Source: an uncultured Acidobacteriota bacterium | Lineage (GTDB): Bacteria; Acidobacteriota; Thermoanaerobaculia; UBA5066; Gp7-AA6 | Direction of reading: 5' to 3' | Assembly: GCA_963811425.1 (NCBI GenBank) | Contig: CAWERV010000018.1 | Coordinates: 195,332-259,331 of the forward strand | DNA length: 64,000 nt | Made by a program: the position numbers and the translations under genes | Part shown: positions 60,234-64,000 of the stretch, piece by piece | Layout: each line of letters starts with the position of its first letter | Numbering within the stretch: the stretch's first letter is position 1 | Notes under the pieces: generated by a model | What the model was told of the DNA's origin: nothing | The model's input: only the letters and a program-made list of their open reading frames with translations | Databases searched by the model: none

Positions 60234-61559
60234 TCACTTGGAAGCGCCAAACAACTCCACGGTCGCAAACGGCTCGGCCGACCACGGCCGGAAGCGGTTG
60301 AGCGTGAACTTCGTTTTCTGCCCGGGCTTCACGTCCACCAGCACGTAGTTGTATTCCTCCTTCGGAGACGCGCCCTTCCAGTACAGGTCCGGCGGGTAGC
60401 CCTCGGGCACCTTGATGTGCGTCCTGCCGGGGAGAATCGGGTCCTGTTCCGCACCCCCTCCGCCTAGCAGCAGGTACTTCACCCCGTCCACCTCGTAGAG
60501 CTCGGTCGTGTGCACGTGCCCGTTGAAGACGGTGATGTCGAGGTCCTTGGCATAAGCGGCAATCGTCTTGTGGGGATTCTGCGCCTCGGGAATGGCGCCC
60601 ATGCCGGAGCGGCAGAAGACCGGATTGTGGAAGGCGATGAAAACTTTCTTTGTCCCCGCAGCCTTGGCCTCGTCCAGCCACGCCTGCATCTGCTTCATCT
60701 GTTCCGGGAAGGAGGGGCGCGTGGAATCCCACGACGTCGGCTCCTTGTAGTTGTACTGGCCGGTCCAGAGGAAGATGAAGCGAGCGCCGTCGTAGTCGAA
60801 CTTGTAGATGAGCTGCTTGTCGGTCACGCCGAACTTCTTGAGGTACGGGAAGGCCGTCAGCAAACCTTCGACGTCGGAGTCGTTCCAGACTTCGTGATTG
60901 CCGACGGCGGGATAGACGCGGCCCGGTAGGCCCGCAGCCTGCATCTTCTTGCTCGCGAGCGGCAACTGCTTCAGGACCTCCTCGTTGACGAGCTTCCAGT
61001 AGGGGTTGTCGGACGGTTTGACGCCCTGCTTGCCCCACCACACCATGTCCCCGGTGTTGAGAATGAAATTGGCTCGCCCGCTCTTGACGTCCTTCACGAT
61101 CTCACGGGCCACCCACTCGCCGCCCTCCAAGCGGAACATCGTGCGGCGCACACCCGGCAGCAGCTTGACGTCCTCGACCGACGCCTCCGTGACCCAGCCC
61201 TTGTCGAACGTCAGGGTCGTCACCTCGTTGGCGGTCATGAACGGCATGACCATCTGCACCAGCTCTTTGTTCGCTGGGTCGTAGATCAGCTTGACGTCCT
61301 TCTCCACGAGCGCATCCGCGACCTTCTCCGGCAGCACAAGCTCGAACAGGTCCACCATCAGCTTGCGAGCTTCCGCCTCCTGATCCTGCTTGTACGGGAG
61401 GTACATCATCGAGCGTGAGTCACCGTACACGGCAAACGAAAAGCTGGAATCGGCAGGCTTCGGCGCCTGCTGCGCTGCCGCCGGGAGACCCGGAACCAGC
61501 ATCGCAACCAATACGAACCACGATCGCGTCGATCTCAGAGTGGCGGAGACGGGACTCAC
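60234..61559 (-). CDS. Secreted metallophosphoesterase
   Basis: GTG at 61559 lies 5 nt after GGAGG, then a signal peptide. Calcineurin-like motifs are GDSR, GDMVWWG, GNHE and GHVH. Confidence 0.75.
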   Translation of the reverse strand: MSPVSATLRSTRSWFVLVAMLVPGLPAAAQQAPKPADSSFSFAVYGDSRSMMYLPYKQDQEAEARKLMVDLFELVLPEKVADALVEKDVKLIYDPANKELVQMVMPFMTANEVTTLTFDKGWVTEASVEDVKLLPGVRRTMFRLEGGEWVAREIVKDVKSGRANFILNTGDMVWWGKQGVKPSDNPYWKLVNEEVLKQLPLASKKMQAAGLPGRVYPAVGNHEVWNDSDVEGLLTAFPYLKKFGVTDKQLIYKFDYDGARFIFLWTGQYNYKEPTSWDSTRPSFPEQMKQMQAWLDEAKAAGTKKVFIAFHNPVFCRSGMGAIPEAQNPHKTIAAYAKDLDITVFNGHVHTTELYEVDGVKYLLLGGGGAEQDPILPGRTHIKVPEGYPPDLYWKGASPKEEYNYVLVDVKPGQKTKFTLNRFRPWSAEPFATVELFGASK

Positions 61560-61718
61560 GGGGGCCTCCTGTTCTTTTGTCAGCCGCTCGAAAACGGCGG
61601 GCGGCCTTCGGTGGCCGCCGCCAAGGATACTGGAGCTACTGCCCGGACTGATGGTCGATGGCTTCCTGGACCTTTGCCTTGATCGCCTCCAGGTTGAAGC
61701 AGGCCGGCAACGAGCGGA

Positions 61719-61823
61719 ATGAGTGGTGAGCCGTGTAGGACTCGAACCTACTAGAAGTTCATAACAGGTCAACGAGTTGGAGCTGCGTGTCCGAGTCCTG
61801 TGTCCGAGTCTTCTGTCCGAGTC
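61719..61823 (+). repeat. Array repeat copy R8 (three 13-mers)
   Basis: atgagtggtgagccgtgtaggactcgaacctactagaagttcataacaggtcaacgagttggagctgcgtgtccgagtcctgtgtccgagtcttctgtccgagtc. Confidence 0.9.
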
Positions 61824-62065
61824 ATTCCGTGCGGGGGCATCGTCGCTGCTGGCTATGAGCCGTGCCCTGACGATGGGCAACGAGGGCATCGACTAGAATT
61901 CGCGGCCAGTGAAACGACTCGGTCTGCTCACGACCGGGCTGCCGTTGGCAGAGTTCGGCGCTGCCTCGGCGCAGCTGCAGCAGGCTGCCGGGCTTGCATG
62001 CCGGCTCACGTGAGCGTGAACCGCTTGATGGTGGCTCGGAGCTTCTGCGATGGGGAGGAGTCAGC

Positions 62066-62797
62066 ATGAGCGCAATCGCGATCAGCGGGATCGTGTTTGC
62101 CTGTGTTTTTGGGGGGGCGCTCGGCGGGATGGGTCTTCGCGCAGTTCTGCCCGAGCACCATCGGAGCGGAGAATCGAAAGACCTTGTGAGAGCAGCGATG
62201 GCCCTGATTGGAACGATGTCTGCTCTCGTTCTCGGACTGCTGGTGGGCTCGGCCAAGAACGCCTTCGATGCGCAAAAAGACGAGTTGACGTCGCTATCGG
62301 CTGGGGTCCTCCTCGTCGATCAAACCCTGTCCCTTTACGGACCGGAAACGAAGGATGCCCGGGAAACGCTCCGAGAAGTCGTTGCCGGAGCCAGGGAGCA
62401 GATCTGGGGCGGCGGGGCGAACATGAAGCGGGCCGACGCCATCTACACGGCCATACACCGCCTTTCGCCGAAAGACCCCGAGCAGCAGGCGCTGAAGAAT
62501 CAGGTCTCCTCCCTGGTCGCAGATCTCGCGAAGACGCGCCTACTGATGGCCACGCAGCGAAGCGTCTCGATATCGGTTCCGCTATTGGTCATGCTGGTTT
62601 TCTGGCTCACGATCAACTTCGTCAGTTTCGGCCTATTCGCGCATCCCAACGCCACCGTCGTCACCGCGCTTTTCGTGTCTGCCCTCTCGGTGGCAGGCGC
62701 CATTTTCCTCATTCTGGAAATGAGTCACCCGTTCGGGGGACTGATCGAAGTCTCGGACGCCCCATTGCGCCATGCTCTCTCGCAATTGGGCCGGTAG
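62066..62797 (+). CDS. DUF4239-family membrane protein
   Basis: ATG at 62066 follows GGGGAGGAG. TM helices at both ends flank a soluble middle. The family resemblance is from memory. Confidence 0.55.
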   Translation: MSAIAISGIVFACVFGGALGGMGLRAVLPEHHRSGESKDLVRAAMALIGTMSALVLGLLVGSAKNAFDAQKDELTSLSAGVLLVDQTLSLYGPETKDARETLREVVAGAREQIWGGGANMKRADAIYTAIHRLSPKDPEQQALKNQVSSLVADLAKTRLLMATQRSVSISVPLLVMLVFWLTINFVSFGLFAHPNATVVTALFVSALSVAGAIFLILEMSHPFGGLIEVSDAPLRHALSQLGR

Positions 62798-63077
62798 CGG
62801 AGAGAGGCGGGTGGCTAGCATTCGACCCCTGATTTGGGACTGCCCGGGACACTAAGGGCGGGAGCTTGCGTGGTCGCGCCTCCCCCCACTTGTCGCGCTA
62901 GTCGACTGGCGGGTCTGTTGCGTCGGGCCTCAAGCCGGAGCCCACCTGACGGTTGGCGCGTCAGCGGCGAGTGAGGATGGATCGGCTCGATGACCCGCCC
63001 GGATATCCGAGGTCGCGTCTGCTGAGGGCGTGGAGCGCGGCAGGAGCAGCCGAGCAGCTACGTTCTCAGCGTCGTCC

Positions 63078-63302
63078 TCAGTACGGCTCGCCGTCGAGAC
63101 TCACCGTTTCGGCCTTCGCACCGGGCGTCTCGATCTGGACTTGAGGAGCGTCGAACTTGGAGCACCTTGCGCTGAATACGGGTGCACCGCACGATGAGCA
63201 GGAGAAGCGCACGTGCACGTCGGGGGGATCCATCGGGTCCCGCGTCCAATCGTCAGCCGTATCGCATTCCCCGCATTCCCATTTCACAGCCCAACGCGCC
63301 AT
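63078..63302 (-). CDS. Small Cys-rich (zinc-ribbon-like) hypothetical protein
   Basis: ATG at 63302 lies 8 nt after AGGAGG. The 74-aa product carries CGEC ... CSSC pairs. Confidence 0.45.
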   Translation of the reverse strand: MARWAVKWECGECDTADDWTRDPMDPPDVHVRFSCSSCGAPVFSARCSKFDAPQVQIETPGAKAETVSLDGEPY

Positions 63303-63577
63303 GACCTCTACCTCCTGAGGAAACACCCCGGATCGCCCGTCCTGCATGATGGGATTGCATCCATGGCCCTGCCACAGGATACCCAGGGTTGCACCGGTCA
63401 AGAGCTACGATCTCAAGGCTTGCACCCGCCATTTTCGACCTTATGATGCAGATGCATCGGGTGGCTCGCTCTCATTGAGAGCAAGTTTAGCCCGGTAAGA
63501 GTTTCGCGTGTCGTTGACGATGGAGGGTTGAGAGATAGAGATGTTCACCAGCGATCAGATCCGGCTCGTGACAAGCG

Positions 63578-64000
63578 ATGAATGAGGCCGGGCATGCCGT
63601 GACGTCCTCCGACCCGACGAAGCCCACCTCCACGAAGGCGAAGAGCCGGCGGGTCCTGGCTCCGATCGAGCGCTTCTCGGAGATCCTTTTCGGCCTCATC
63701 ATGGTCCTGACGTTTACGGGCTCCCTGTCGGCCGCCAGGAGTGGCCGCAACGAAGTCCGGACCATGCTGATCGGCGCCCTCGGCTGCAACCTTGCCTGGG
63801 GGATCATCGACGCGATCTTCTACCTCTTGAACACCCTCGCGGACAGGGGGCACGCGATCGCCGCGTTGCGGCGCCTGCGCACCACCGCAGACCCGGCGAC
63901 AGCGCACGCCCTGATCGCCGAGGAGCTGCCTCCGGGCGTCGTCTCGGTCCTGCGCCCGGAGGAACTCGAAACACTGCGCCAGCGGCTGACGGCTCTGCCG
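63578..64000 (+). CDS. Membrane protein, VIT1/CCC1-family-like, 3'-truncated by window end
   Basis: Not in the ORF track because it has no stop. An ATG at 63578 follows an in-frame TGA, and the frame stays open to 64000. ERFSEILFGLIMVLTFTGSLS resembles bacterial VIT-family N-termini. Confidence 0.45.
   Translation, partial: MNEAGHAVTSSDPTKPTSTKAKSRRVLAPIERFSEILFGLIMVLTFTGSLSAARSGRNEVRTMLIGALGCNLAWGIIDAIFYLLNTLADRGHAIAALRRLRTTADPATAHALIAEELPPGVVSVLRPEELETLRQRLTALP

Noticed and set aside
41909-61823. The eight repeats as genuine tRNA genes or a tRNA gene array
   Set aside because: Only the T-arm, 3' acceptor strand and CCA are present. There is no complementary 5' acceptor strand, no canonical D-arm and no 7-nt anticodon loop. 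T-stem substitutions between copies are uncompensated.
41909-61823. Canonical integron attC sites
   Set aside because: No pair fits RYYYAAC ... GTTRRRY. The nearest candidates, CTCGAAC and GTTGGAG, violate the consensus, and the whole candidate site is only about 42 nt long, below known attC lengths. No intI-like gene or attI is visible. The integron analogy is kept only as an analogy.
41909-61823. CRISPR array
   Set aside because: The repeats are 85-105 bp and are separated by 0.8-10 kb of protein-coding DNA, not by 25-40 bp spacers. There are no cas genes.

Overview
High-GC bacterial chromosomal window. The gene content (TPR-type Ser/Thr kinase, DUF1579/DUF3604, many secreted proteins) looks Acidobacteria-like, but that is inference only. 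I found no rRNA, functional tRNA, CRISPR array, transposase or integrase. All family calls rest on motifs read by eye; no searches were run. Positions 1-41.9 kb hold secreted hydrolases, a lactate permease/malate synthase/glcDEF operon whose genes are each split over several frames, an ABC transporter, a cNMP-sensing histidine kinase with a fused response-regulator/TrxR-like protein, an octaheme HAO-like cytochrome, and an RND efflux operon divergent from an ArsR regulator. Three observations stand out. (1) From 41.9 to 61.8 kb, eight copies of an ~85-105 bp repeat all point the same way and split the DNA into self-contained gene cassettes, including two toxin-antitoxin pairs. The repeat combines a mimic of a tRNA 3' end (T-arm, acceptor strand, CCA on the minus strand) with 2-3 tandem 13-mers. 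Decayed copies lie at other module borders. This looks like a recombination-built cassette array, but it does not fit canonical integron attC sites and no recombinase is in view. (2) Two paralogous secreted thioredoxin-fold genes carry a conserved in-frame TGA in a U-x-x-C motif, followed by a conserved hairpin. They are probable selenoproteins that ORF finders truncate, and one sits in the ArsR/RND/methyltransferase locus. (3) A perfect palindrome between tolC and arsR encodes two overlapping, mirror-image sigma70-like promoters. Frameshifts are clustered rather than evenly spread, so real pseudogenisation and local assembly error cannot be separated from sequence alone.
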